The position numbers were made by a program, and so were the translations under genes. The notes beneath the pieces are model-generated. The model was given only the letters and a program-made list of their open reading frames with translations, had not been told where the DNA came from and searched no databases. A DNA stretch of 60,338 nucleotides, filler included, from Basidioascus undulatus (lineage: Eukaryota): NCBI GenBank assembly GCA_000826855.1. It is 5 parts of 5 records of this genome, joined end to end, with 100 filler letters (N's around TTAATTAATTAA, not from the genome) between each part and the next. Parts side by side here need not be neighbours in the genome. Positions count along the whole stretch, not along the records: positions 48,369 to 60,338 come from JTLS01000964.1; 4 more parts are not named here. One strand, given 5' to 3'. This document shows, in pieces, positions 48,393 to 60,338 of the stretch; the stretch's first letter is position 1, and each line of letters begins with the position of its first letter.

Positions 48393-50341
48393 CGTGGAAG
48401 GCTCCGGCGAGAGTGGAAGCATTGCCGACGTTAACTATCAGCCCGCACCGCAGCCGCCAGTGTCTGTGCGCAAGGAACCGTCGATCGTATCGCTCGAGCA
48501 CGAGAAGCGAAGCCTAGTCGACCAGCTCGGAAGACTCAAATCCGAGCTGGGTATACTTCACTCCTACGGGGCGTCTCTGACGGGCGAGCACATCGCGCCC
48601 GACAAGCTCATCAGCTTCCTCGAGACATACGATAAGCGCGCAGGCGAGCTCGAGGATCGCATCTCGGGCGTGGAGGCTGAGCTACAAGAGGTCGAGGAAA
48701 AGGAACGCCAGGAGAGGGCACGGCTACTGAAGGAAAAACGTCAGGATAGGTGTGGAGTAAAGGTGACGGTTGTTCTTCACGCGAAGGACGACTGCACTAT
48801 CGAGGTCCGCTTGACCTATTGTGAGTCGCCCTGACGCACGAAGGGGCCGAGGAGCTGCAGGCTGAATGCAGTACGAGGAAACAGTGGTCAGTGGCTCTTC
48901 GTGGTCGCCGCTGTACGATCTTCGCGCCGGGGCGTCTCAGAACGAGTCGCACGACTTCGCCGTTTCCTACCGCGCCGAAATCGAGCAGTCTGCCGGAGAG
49001 GACTGGTTAGACGTGCAGCTCACGCTCTCAACAGGCATGTATCTTTTCTGTCTTGAAAACATTACTTTGCGTTTATCGGCAATACCTTATATTCCCTCAG
49101 CATCTCCCACGAAGGGCGCCGTTATTCCCAAGCTCGAGGGCTACCGCGTCGGCGTCCCTCGCGGCGAAGGAACGCAGCTCAGAGCGGCGGGCCTTCCCTC
49201 GCGCGTCGCAGCCGCCGGCGCGGAGGAGGGCAAGACGACTCGCCGGCTCAAGGAAGTGACCATCGAGCCCGAATCGGAAGATAGAGTGACGGAGGAGCTC
49301 GCTGCCAGCGTGCAGAACGCCGCCGCTCCGGAGCCGAGCGCCCTTCCGCATCGCGGTACATCCGCGAAGGAAGGCTTGATCAGTGCAACCTTTGAGATCG
49401 AGGGAAAGTCTTCTATACCGGCTGACGGAGCCGCTCATAAAGTAAGCACCTTGTTCTGACGTTTTGATTTGTAGCAGACCGTTAATCCGCACGGTTTGCC
49501 AGGTACTCGTGGCCGACCTTGCGCTCGATGCTTCATTCAGCTGGGTTGCTGTACCCAAACAGATTGAGCGGGCATTCTTGCAGGCAAGAGCGGTCTCCTT
49601 TACTGAATCTTCGGTAAATGATATCTGATATTGCTCAGAACAGGCGAAAGTCACAAATACGTCGGACCGTCCGCTGTTGTCCGGCCCAGCTCAGGTCTTC
49701 CTCGAGGGTGCATACGTGGGGGCTACGACTATCCGAGTGTGTTCGATGACGAACTGCTGGTTGCTTTCCTCCTAACTTTTCTTAAATATACACGCAGGAC
49801 GTCGCTCCTCAAGAGACATTCACCGTCGCGCTCGGCATCGACCCTGCCATCGGTGTCAGGTACCATCCGCGTGTCAAACGTTCGACCACGTAAGTACATC
49901 TTACTGGATCCTTGGAAGGCAGCTCTTAATTTTCCTGGCCCAATTGTTTTTAGGTCATCGCCCCTTAGCTGGGTCAAGTCGACCAGCACATTCTTCTCGC
50001 AGCAGATCACAGTGGCGAACACACGAGCTGAGAGATCCGCTGATCCGGTGATCGTCAGAGACCAAATTCCGATCAGCCAGGACAGTAGGATCAAAATAAT
50101 CCTTCGCCATCCCAAAGTCGTCGAGGACAGGGACACCGAGCTCGAGGATGGCGTCGTCGTTAGGTGGGCCCGCCCCGACGACGAGGAGGCACCAAGTTCC
50201 GCGGGAGGACGAACCGTGGGCCAAGAGCTCGGGCTGGTGGAATGGGTCTTGAGGTTGAAGCCGGGAGAGAGCAAGACGGTCAAGCTTGAGTGGGAGGTGC
50301 AGTCGCCGGTCGCGGAGAAGTGGAGCAAGCTCCTGCGCTGA
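48393..50341 (+). CDS. DUF4139 (mucoidy inhibitor MuiA-like) protein; 5' end missing
   Basis: Coiled coil, LTY|VVSGSSWSPLYDLRA, YRAEIEQSAGEDW..LTLSTASP, IPADGAAHK, WVAVPK, LGIDP, VRDQIPISQDSRIKI, VEWVLRLKPGESKTVKLEWEV. Confidence 0.85.
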
Positions 50342-50921
50342 TGTTTTGTGGCCAAATGTTAACGGCTATGCGTTGGATGCCTGTGTTTTGGCAGCGAAGT
50401 GGCTAATATAAAGACTTGGAGTCCAACAAACCAATCGCTATCGCGGAGCAAAATACAGGAAAGAGGCTGTCGAAATAACGACGTTGACTTTGGAACGAAT
50501 TGTGCCGGAAGTCGAAGGGTTTCAGGGTACTGCTGGTCGCTGCAACCCCAGTTAACTTCAACCTTGGAGGCGGTAAAATAAGGCTCTGGCAGAGCTGTAA
50601 ACGCAAGCGATGCAGTCAGAGAAGGAGTGAAAGTCACGCGATGTCCGGCATGGACGCAGGTGTTTCGAGATGAGCGGCATTTCACTTAACACTCCATTCA
50701 ATCATACAAGCTGTCATCAGAGTGGAGCTTGAATGCGAGTATCCGGCAACGAGTCTACATGCTATGCGAGTGACGTGACGGAAAGTGAAGGAAAAGTAGA
50801 TGGGGGTAGTCGAGAACGGCTGGAGGCGATACAACATGCACGAAATGGAACATGCTTGAAATAATGAAGTCGAAGAAAAGAACGAAAAAAATGCGACAAC
50901 GATGCAGAAAAGACGAACATA

Positions 50922-53900
50922 TCAAGAGAAGAAGTAAGGCGAGCTGACAACGCCGCGGACGTCGAACTCGCCCTTCTGCGGCAGGGGTGGCAAGACGTCC
51001 TCGACACGGACGAACTTTTGCCGCAGCTTGAGCTCCTCCGGGCTGAGGTTGGCCTCGTCCTCCTTCGACAGCCCGCCGGGGCGAAGGGCAGCGACGTCTT
51101 CCGGCGTCAAACCCTCGTGGTCCTCCTCCTCGCCGTTGAACAGCTCGTCCTCCGTCGCAGCCTCCTTCGCCTTCGGTTTCCTGCCGCGCCCACGCGGGCG
51201 CTTGGCGAGCGCCGCCATGACCGCGGGGTTCTCCTTGTCGACCGCGGCGCCGAGCGTCGATAACGGGATCCGGTAACCCTTGTAGCGCTCAATGAACTGT
51301 AGGTAATGGACGCGGTCAGGGCTGGTGCAACGGCGGTATTGCCAAAGGCTAGATGACAAACCTCTTCCCGCAACCGGCCGAGAATGTCCTCCGTGTGCAG
51401 CTTCACGAACGTGTCACGGATGATCTCGGACATCTGGTCGACCGTCGAAGCGTGCGTCCAGTAGGAGTCGTGGACGGACGCATATGTCAGGCCGTGTTGC
51501 TGTACAAGGTGCAATAAGGTCAGCCTCCGAAGGAAAGCGAGTACAAGAGCGAGCCTCGCGCACTCGGCACTGCAGCGCAGTCAGAATCATGTGGGTCGCG
51601 TCGAGCGAGTGGATGAAGTTGGGCGGGAACGCCGAAGCCTGCTTCGAAGGATTGACTGATCACGCAGACGTTGTGTCAGCGAACGAGCTCCACGAGCAGG
51701 CGGTGTAACAAAGTCACGTACCCTCGGACGGCGCGTTCGGGTCCGCGATGTACACGCTCTGCAGGAGCGTGGTGACCTGCTTCTTCTTCGCCTTGCGGTA
51801 AGGCTGCACGATCGGCAGGCCGAGTGGCGTGGTCCAGATGACGCTCGTCATCTGCTCCTTCCCCATGCGGTTCTTCTTCTCCGTCGGGTCGTCGTTGCTC
51901 CGCGGGCGCGGCGGCAGGGGCTCGAGAGCACGCTCGAGACGCTCAGGCGGGATGGACTTGGCGACAAGCCGGGCGGCGTTGTTCAGCCACGTCTGGATGG
52001 CCTTCGCGCCCGAGAAGAGGTCACCGATGGAGCGGAGGACCTGAACGAAGTGCAGAAAGCGCGGGTGTCAGAATCGCGCCGCTGAACGTTATCTCGAGAC
52101 ACTGCACCTTCTTAGCGAGGTACGCGGCCACGCTGTAGACTTGGTCGGCAGGGATGTCGCCGCGGTCGCGGAGCTGCTTGTCGATCTGCTCGCGCGCGCC
52201 AACGAAGGTGACACCGTACACGGTGGTCATGACCTAAGCCGTCAAACGAGCCGTAAGCCACCAGCACGGCCTCGTCATCTTGAGCTTCTTTCAACGTACC
52301 GTCTGCTTGACGACCTTGCGGGTGATCTTGCCCTGCAGGATCGCGGCATGTTCGTTGCCCGCCTCGCGGTCCTTTTCGATCTCGGCGATGGTGAGGTCGG
52401 CGACGGCGGTGTAGACGTCGGAAGGCCTGTCGCCCTCGCTAAGGTTGACCTGGGAACGAAGAACAAGTACATGGGTTAGGCGCAGGAGTTTCGGAGGAAG
52501 TAGGGAGCATTCGTCCGTACCTGGCGCGCGCCCTGCTGATCACCGCCGAGCGCAGCGTAGTGCTGAAGACCGTTGCAGGTTCCGTCCTGGTGCACGGGCA
52601 GCGAGGACTCGTGCTTGAGGGGGTTGCCAGAGCGCACGGCGGCCGCCAGCTCGAAGCATGTCGCAAGACACTGCCACGGGTCGTCGGCCTGGAGCCACCA
52701 GCGGCGACCCTTGAAGATTGTTGTCAGTACGACTCATGTGACAGCCAACAAACGTCCGAGCCGCACCTCGAGCGGCTTGTCGGCCGAATCGAACACGTCT
52801 TCTATGTGGTCCTCGGCGAACTTGATGCGCTCGTCGAAGCTCGCCTTGTCGTAACCGTACAGGTTGGCGAGCTGGATCTTGATCCACTTGAACCCGCGCT
52901 CCTCCAGCGGCCGCTTCTCGGCGAACGTGAGCAGGCCACGGCAGAGGTCGTCGCCCATGTGATTGAGGAGCGGCGGGATCGGGTACGCGCGCCCGCGGAA
53001 GTCGAGCGAGTGCGGGAAGTACATCGTCTCGCCGAGGAACTATATCGCCATTGGATATGTGAGCAGACCATCGGGTGGGGCAGAGGCATTGTCGGACAAC
53101 AGGCGGGGGAAGGAATGGAGGAACGCACGGCACGAGCGATCTCAAGCTTGTAGTTGGTATCGCAGCGAAGCGAGTGGTTGTTCCTGCGCTCGTTGACGAC
53201 GGCCTTCAAACGCGCGAGGTACGCGTTCTTGGCCTTCGGGTCGGTGAGGTAGTTGTCGGGCTTGACGGGGTCCTCGACGAGGGAGATCGCGGGCGGGATC
53301 TTGGCGATCGCCTCGCCTTTGTTCCACGCTTCGATGACGACGTCGTAGATCTGCTTGTTGACCCTCCACGGCGTGGCGCCGAGCACGTCGAGACCGGCGA
53401 GGACGGGCTCGATCGTGCCCTCCTCCGACGCGCGCCGGAGGTACGTGAGCTGCTCGGCCGAGTCCTTGAAGCGCATCGCGATGTCTGGGAGTACATGGCG
53501 TCAGGGTGGTGCGCTGGGACAAGAATGCAAGTTGGTGACGTACTGCGGTGGAAGAGGTATCCGCCGGAGTCGTAGCGGAGCCACGGCTTCGGCTTGACGA
53601 GCATCGGCAGGTGACGCGGGTGGATCGTGTTCGCCAGCGGATCCTTGTCTAGACGGTCTGCGACGGCCGGGTTGAGCTTGATAACGCCGAGCTTGCGGCC
53701 CTTGATGTACTGGTAGCTCTGCGAGAACGCCGGCTGCTCCTCGGTGCTGCACACAAAATAGGTTAGCTGTGTGCCCTTGTAACGGTGAAAATTGAAGAAC
53801 GCACTAGATCTCGCCAGTCTCCGGATGAGGCGCACTACGCACGACAGTCGCGGTCTCCATGAGCGCGTCGACGAGGAAGCCGCCGACGCGAGCCCGAACG

Positions 53901-55926
53901 GTCTGGGTCCATGCCGGCGTCCACGCCTCGAGGCGCTCTTCATCCAAGCGCGCCTCCGCGCGTTCCGCGGCGATATCCTGCTTGCCCCTCAGGACAGTCT
54001 CACCGTCCTCGAGGGTCTTGACGGGCGCAACGTCGGGCACCTCGTTGAGCGCAGGCGTCGGCGCGGCGCCCATGGCCTGCTCGAGCATCTCAGTGAACTC
54101 AGGCGAGCGCGCTGAGTCGGCAGCGTCCACGGGCGGGACCTCCTGCGGCTGCTCCCGCTTCGTATCCTTCCCTCGGCCCTCGTACTGTCGCAACTTGCGG
54201 CGGATGTCGGAGAGCGTGTCCTGCTCGGATGTAGAGCTCGACTTGACCGACACGCCGTGCTTCTTCTTGAGCATCTCGGCGTGGTACTCCGCCTCGACAG
54301 CGCGGCCGGTGGTGATCAGAGCGCGCGTCGTCTTCATGCCCTCGGCAACGCCGCCGGTGCCGGACAGCCGCATGATCTCGAGGATGACGATGAGGGCGAG
54401 CTTATCGGGAGAGAGAAGGGAGAGGAAGGGGTAGATATCGCCTAGCAGTACGGTGACCAAACCATCAGCCTATGTTTCACTTCCGCAAGTCAAATACGTG
54501 AAAAGTGACGCACAGTTGATCGACCTCCGCCCACTGAGCGCGACCTTCTGGAGCTCAGCCAAAGAGGCCCGAATGCGCAACTCGACCTTGCCGAGCCAGT
54601 CCCACATCAACTTCTGGACGGGCATCGCGCCAAGCCCGGTTTGCACGCCCGCCTTCTCGAGCTCGCGGACCTCGTGCTCGAAGCGCTTGCGCGCCGTCTC
54701 GTACGCCGACTCCTCGAGCAGCTTCTGGCGCGTCGACGGATCGTCCGCGAGCGTGGAGGCGGTCGCAGCCAAGGGCGAGAGCGCCTCACGCAGTGCGAGC
54801 AGGTTGAAGGGAGACTCGTCTTTTGCAGGCTGCATCGGCAGAAATCGTTACGTCAGAGTGACAATCTTGATTCTGATAGCGTGCGGAAGAGGGAGAGGGG
54901 CTTACGTTGACCGTCGCCCGGACCTCTGGACCCCGCTCAACGTCGATCCTGGCAGCCTCGCCCGCCTCAACGGCCTCGCCCGGCGTCCGGCCCTTGCCCA
55001 GCTCGTACACCTGCGCCAACTCGGCGACGACATCGGAGCGGCCCTCGTCCGCAGCCGCGCGCGACAGCGCCGTAATGGCTTCCGCGACCTGCTCGTCGGA
55101 CGTGAAGACGGCCGGGTTCGTGAGGAGGTCCATGAGCGAGGGCTTGCTCGGAAGGGAAGGGAGGGCGGCGAGGAGAGGGCGGAGGGAGTATTGGGTGAGG
55201 GGCGAGGCCATGTGCCTGTCCGAAGCGAGCCCATCATCTCGCAAGGTCGCACATCGGGCAGTGATAATGGGGGAAAGAAGAGACGCACGGCAGCATGCCC
55301 TTGAGCATCAAAGACCAAGTCTCCGCGTCCATCTTGGGCCCTTCTGCGCCGCTCTCGAGCGTCTTGAAGATGTCCCACGCCTGATCCAACCACCCCCTCG
55401 CGACCTCCGTGCTCGACGCGCCCTCCGCCTCTTGCAGGTATCGCTCCAAGAAGCGGTTGTACACCCTCACGTCGAGGAGAGAAAACCCGCCTTCGACATA
55501 GGCCTCGGACCGGACCCGCTCGCGCAAGCCTTTGAAGATGGTGCGTGCCCGACTGAGCAGAGCCGGAGCGGCAAGGCACGCGTCCATGACGGCGAGGAGC
55601 TCCTGGCTCGCTGAGGGAGGATAGTAGGCGTCGTTCGAGGGCGTGGAGGGTTCATCGAGAGGGAGGGGAGTAGGGAGAACGGTGCGGTGGCTGTAGCTAT
55701 AGAGAGGGTTGGACAGGGGGTAGGGACCGGGGGGCGGGAGCGGCCGCGACTGGGAGGGCGCAGTCGTGTCCGCCGCTGGAGGAGCGGTGGCAGCGGCGGC
55801 GGCGGCGGAGCGAGCGGGAGCAGAAGGTACGGATAGGTGACGGCGGGCGAGGAAAGAAGGGGCTGAGGAGGAGGAGGACGGGGGGTGACGCAGGAGCGCA
55901 GAGGAACGGCGGCTGAAGGTGTACAT
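50922..55926 (-). CDS. RPO41: Mitochondrial (T7 phage-type) DNA-directed RNA polymerase
   Basis: R/S-rich presequence; [79 protein letters not shown]-terminal YFFS. Confidence 0.97.
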
Positions 55927-56541
55927 GGTGCCACTGCAAACCTCCCAACTGTCAGTGTGCGGTTCTTGACAGAACAGAATGCAATCAGCGCGTCAAGAAA
56001 AACAGGATTAAAACTCACAGATCCGAGCCGAATACAGCAACGGTGAGGGTAATCGAGGCGGGCGAAGGGAGAAGCCACTCGACCTCGCCGACGAGTGGCG
56101 ATCGAGCTGCGAGAAGACGGTAGAAGTCTCGCTTTTTTGCGGCAAACACCGTCTAGGAGTTCACCCGGGGTGTTTGCTCTCCGAGATAGAGACCGCGGAC
56201 TAGGCAGGAAGGAGCGAGGACCCGGAAAGCGATGAAAGGAGAGGCAAAGGGAGAAGGAAGACGCTGAGAGCCAAAATCTCGTGCGAGCGAATCTCAAAGT
56301 GCTGACATAATCTTAATCGCCTATCGCAGTCCTCGTCCGTTGGGCCAAATTAAATAGCACGAGATCGTTTGTACTCCCGTTTTTGCAGCTGCGATCTTGA
56401 ACCTTTTTGAAGGAGAACCAGACATAATATTGCTTTCGACAACGAATACAGTGTTGCAGCTTTAGCATACACGATGCGGCCATCAAGCTGAAACGGGACC
56501 AGCGAACCTCGCATCTTTGTCCTTCCCCCTCATCTTCACTC

Positions 56542-58560
56542 ATGCAGGCTTGCACTGACTCTGCGCCCACCGAGCGCTCGTCCTTCCTCTGCTCGATCCT
56601 TCCAAGGGAGATCGTCCAGCAAATTCTCGTTTTTTCCCCATCCTCGCGAGCTGCTCCTGCTCGGCGCGGTCTGCCGCAAGTGGCGACGTGCTGGCCGACA
56701 ACCAATCCGTTCCCGCTCTCTGCTCTCCCCTTCCGAAATCGAGCCCAAGCTGAGCGTCTTTCTGGCAGCGTCTGGGTCGCTGCGAGACGGCACTCCGAGC
56801 CGCTCTGGCCTGAGCCGCCCGCTCATATCGGCGAGCGCCGTTTGGCACGGCTGCCTAAGAGCGACTGGTGCGAGAGCTGCCAACCAATCGACGAATGGTG
56901 GAAAGTAAGCCGCCCTTGCTTCTTACAATTTCTGCCTTTTTCTGTTCTCATGCGTCATTTTCAAAAGGCTGGCACTGCGTATCTCGCTGCCGGCGAAAGC
57001 GAGGAGATCGAGACTCCCCGCGACCTCAAGGTGCGCTTCCCAACCGCATTGGATCTCGCCTTGGTCTCAAGCCAGAAGACCTTGACAACGAGGGTGTGAG
57101 TGTTGTTTCCTTTTTCCTGTGTTGAGACGTCTCTGAGTTACCTACAAATGACAGTTCTTGACAGGCCGCCTCGCCTACCTGTCCAAGAATCGCCCATGCG
57201 ATCGTGCCGAGACGCATGCATTCATTGGCAATTGAAGCTCGTTCGCTTGTTGAACTGAGACGATGCCTTGACGGAAGAGAGGGTGCGTACTCACGTACTC
57301 GAGGTCGAGATTGCGCCTTAGCTGACGATCCCACTGCCACGAAAGATTGCAACTATGCTTGCTCACATAGAAGCCAGAGCGAAGCTGATGACTGTAGAGC
57401 TGCTCGAGGTTCCTACAGCAGATTCTCATCTCACAAACAGCATAAGACTTGCTCGCTGAACATAACTCACAATGTACTCTTTCAGGGTACGCGCCCCTGG
57501 ACGAAAAGCGTCCAGCACTCGTCAACACCCTTCAAAACATTGTCAATTGGAAAAACTTTCCTTTTGAGCGGCAGCGGGTTCGTCTTCTTGCCGCCAGGCG
57601 GCACTGCGTCGAGTGCGACAGCACGCCGACGACACACGCAATCAGCTCATGAACATCTTGCTCCAATACGACACGCTCGGCCTCATACCGGGCCCCAGCA
57701 GCACCGCTCGAGAGTTGATTGCGGGCGCTGGGTGGCACAGCACCCGACTCAGACAGCGAGGACAGCGACGACGACGATTGGTCCGAGGCGGCAAGCTCGT
57801 ACGACTCGTCCCTCGACGCGACTGACACGTTCATCTGCTGGTCGGTGGGGGTGCGCTTGTGTGAGGTGCGTCCGCGCTTCGACGCTTCAGGCCATAACAA
57901 AGACGGTTAGTGCTGATTGGTGATACGACCTCTGCGCAGGAGTAATTCGAGTCTCTCACGGGGAGTCCTCGCCGACTACGCGGTCGGGCCCGCTAACCCC
58001 GGTACGTTCAAGACTTGAACGACCGCGTCCCCATTTTCCGCTGCATCAATTCCGAGGGGTCAGGCACGGTGCGTTCCCGCTCTCAAAGCGCATTTGCTCG
58101 TTGGGGTGCACAACTGACGTCGCTTTCTTCACCCCCCCAGCTTGCGCGGATGTGGAAGGCGGATCTTGGTCAACTGAGCAGGGACATTGCCGACTTGGAG
58201 AACCGCTGGGAAGAACACTGGAACGGCGTGGGCGGGACGCTGAGGGACAAGGCGCGGTACTTGCGGTACCTTTTCGACAGCGAGGCATCTATTCAAGAGG
58301 TGACGTATTTATCCTTTTTTTATTTACTTCCGCTAGGGATCTGACGCCCGTGTCCTCTTGAGCGCAAAGTTGTAACGGCCGCGATGGAGGGGTGGGAGGA
58401 AAGCGACTCTGCCCGCCGCCAGAGGGAGCGCAACGCCGTCCTCGACATCTTCAACAAACTTGCCGCGGTCTATCACCCGGTTCTCGACGAGGCGCTGACG
58501 AGAGACGTTCCCATGCTGGAACTCATGCCTCGCTACGCTCACTTGGTGGAGGAAGAGTAG
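56542..58560 (+). pseudogene. Spliced hypothetical gene with F-box-like start, apparently frameshifted
   Basis: LPREIVQQIL near the start and several GT-AG introns. The 57490-57900 exon reads protein-like only by switching frames twice. Confidence 0.4.
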
Positions 58561-59337
58561 GAAGCAGTTGTCGCGAACTGACGAACATGGACTGGTCGTC
58601 GTATCTGCGTTAGATGTATGCCAGAAGCATGTGCTGATTTGGCTAAATTGTTTACTGTGAAAAGCGACAACATTTTCGAGCTATGCGCAATGCTCAAGAG
58701 CAGCTTGTTAGCGTGCTAATCACCCCAAGCTGGACACATTTGCCGAACGTCCAACAAAAGTGACACCATACTTCTTCAAATCCTCAGACCGCAACCCGCC
58801 AACAGCCAAATGCGCGAAAACGAGCAGCCGCCCTCTGTATGTATCATAGCCAACCGTAAGACGCTCGATGGGGTACTAGATGAGAAAAATGTCGGGGGTG
58901 ATTTCGGAGTGGACGTAGGGGGGGCATAGGCAGAGTACTCGAGTAGGAGGTAGGGATAAGGTTCGTAAACTTAGTGAGCGCGAGGTAGGTAGGCATGCAT
59001 GAGTGTATGTGTATGTGTGTGCGCGGGAATCGAATGTGTGAGGGGTGGGCGTGGGTGGTGTGAACGAGAACTGGAACAGGGAACTAGAACGAGGAACGCG
59101 GAAGTGGACATGCATGCTTGAGATGGGAATGGATGAGCCGGGAAGGAAACAAACGAAGAGAACAGAGGAAAGAGGACAGAGTGAAGCGAAGCAAAGCGAT
59201 GGCGGTATGGGCGAAGAAAATGACGAAGGCGATTAGGCAAGTGGGTAGACGACGAGATGGAAGAAAGAAAGGGGGGATTGGGTAAAGGGGGATTGGGGGG
59301 AACGCGGAATGGACGAAGGGGGAACGGAGGTACAACC

Positions 59338-60338
59338 TCAGCGCGACTCGGCGAAGGCGCAGCGTCTGGAGCATGGGTGTTGTCAGCATCGTTAGGGGCG
59401 AGGGAGGAGGCGGAGAAACGCACTGGATGATCTCCATGTAGAGGAAGCGGTAGTCGCGGAGGTTGCCCGTCATGCGCTTGAGGTCGACCGAGTACAGACT
59501 ACCCGTCCCAGCGCACGCACCCAAACGTCAGCCTCCCATCCTCCTCCTCACCAACCGCCCCGGCATACCAACCACTTACCCAGGCAAGTTCTTGATCTTA
59601 GTCAACCGAATCTCAATAACGACCTCGCCCCCGCTGTCGTCGTTGGGCTCGCCATACACAGTCGCAGGGAGGGCCGCGGTCTTAACATTGGGCGAGCTCG
59701 CGCCGCCCGCGCCGTGGCCGAGGGAGGACTCGCCCGGCGAGCCAGGCTGGTCGGGGCTGTTGTCAAGCGTTATGATGCTCGCGGAAGGGCTGGACGCGCC
59801 CGGCTGGTGGTGGCTGTGCGTGGGCGTCGACGGCGACTGGGAGCTCCGGCGAAACAGGAGGTTCTTGAGCCCGCCCGCGACGGACGCGGAGGAGAGCATG
59901 CCTCCCTGTCCTTGGCCCGCGCCCGCGCCCTGCCCCGCAAAAGAGGAGGACGTGGGCAGGCCGCGCCTGTCGAGGGTGTTCGAGGAGCCGGCCGACCCGA
60001 CGGTGTTGAAGCCCGCGCCCGAGAGGCCGAGGCCGACGGACCGGCCCGAGAGGGTGCCCGTCCGGTTCGGGCGCACGCACTTGAGGTAGACGTCCCCGTC
60101 CTTGCGGATGATCATCCCCATCGCGAGCACGACGTGGCGGACCTCGTCCATCACAACGGGGGGTGCCTTCGTCGTCAGCGCGTTCTGGTCCAGCGCGCCC
60201 TTGTGCACCTCCATCGCGGCCTCGAGGATCGCCGGGCGCGCAGCCGCGGCAGTCGGGACCTTGCCGTTCGCGGCGGCGGGCGGCGGGACAGGCACGGCTT
60301 GATCACACATAGGGAGACGCGGCGGCGCAAGCCTCTCG
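59338..60338 (-). CDS. C-terminal KA1-like region of a Kin4/MARK-family (CAMKL) Ser/Thr kinase
   Basis: HKGALDQNALTTKAPPVVMDEV..MG..LKCVR ... EVVIEIRLTKIKNLPG|LYSVDLKRMTGNLRDYRFLY. The kinase domain lies beyond the window. Confidence 0.75.

Noticed and set aside
50922..55926. T7 phage-like RNA polymerase as a sign of a viral or plasmid insertion
   Set aside because: Spliceosomal introns and a mitochondrial presequence identify it as the ordinary nuclear RPO41.

Overview
Eukaryotic, intron-rich, GC-rich fungal DNA, most likely a basidiomycete. The dominant GTGCGT-type splice donors suggest Pucciniomycotina, which is an inference. The window is not one locus: five contigs of about 12 kb (1-12011, 12112-24120, 24221-36197, 36298-48268, 48369-60338) are joined by artificial N44-TTAATTAATTAA-N44 spacers. 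Apparently intact or contig-truncated genes, with exons reconstructed by hand: polyol dehydrogenase (5' exon), SnoaL/NTF2-like protein, DHA1 MFS transporter, Nudix ADP-ribose pyrophosphatase, RRM+YTH protein, AVL9, MDR enoyl-reductase-like protein, tRNA-Asn(GTT), Mit1/CHD-type remodeller, C2H2 transcription factor (3' exon), secreted CE4 chitin deacetylase, CS-domain protein, TYR1, DUF4139 protein, RPO41, and a Kin4-like kinase C-terminus. The most striking pattern is many decayed genes between these clean genes (expansin-like, SDR, RNase III, MDR with a deleted exon, F-box/LRR, several orphans), plus fossil retroelement RT fragments. I found no convincing novel multi-gene system. The best leads are the pseudogene load, the RNase III relic, the split YTH domain with an intron-signal-rich upstream region, and the hidden SnoaL-like gene with a GC-AG intron and spliced uORF.
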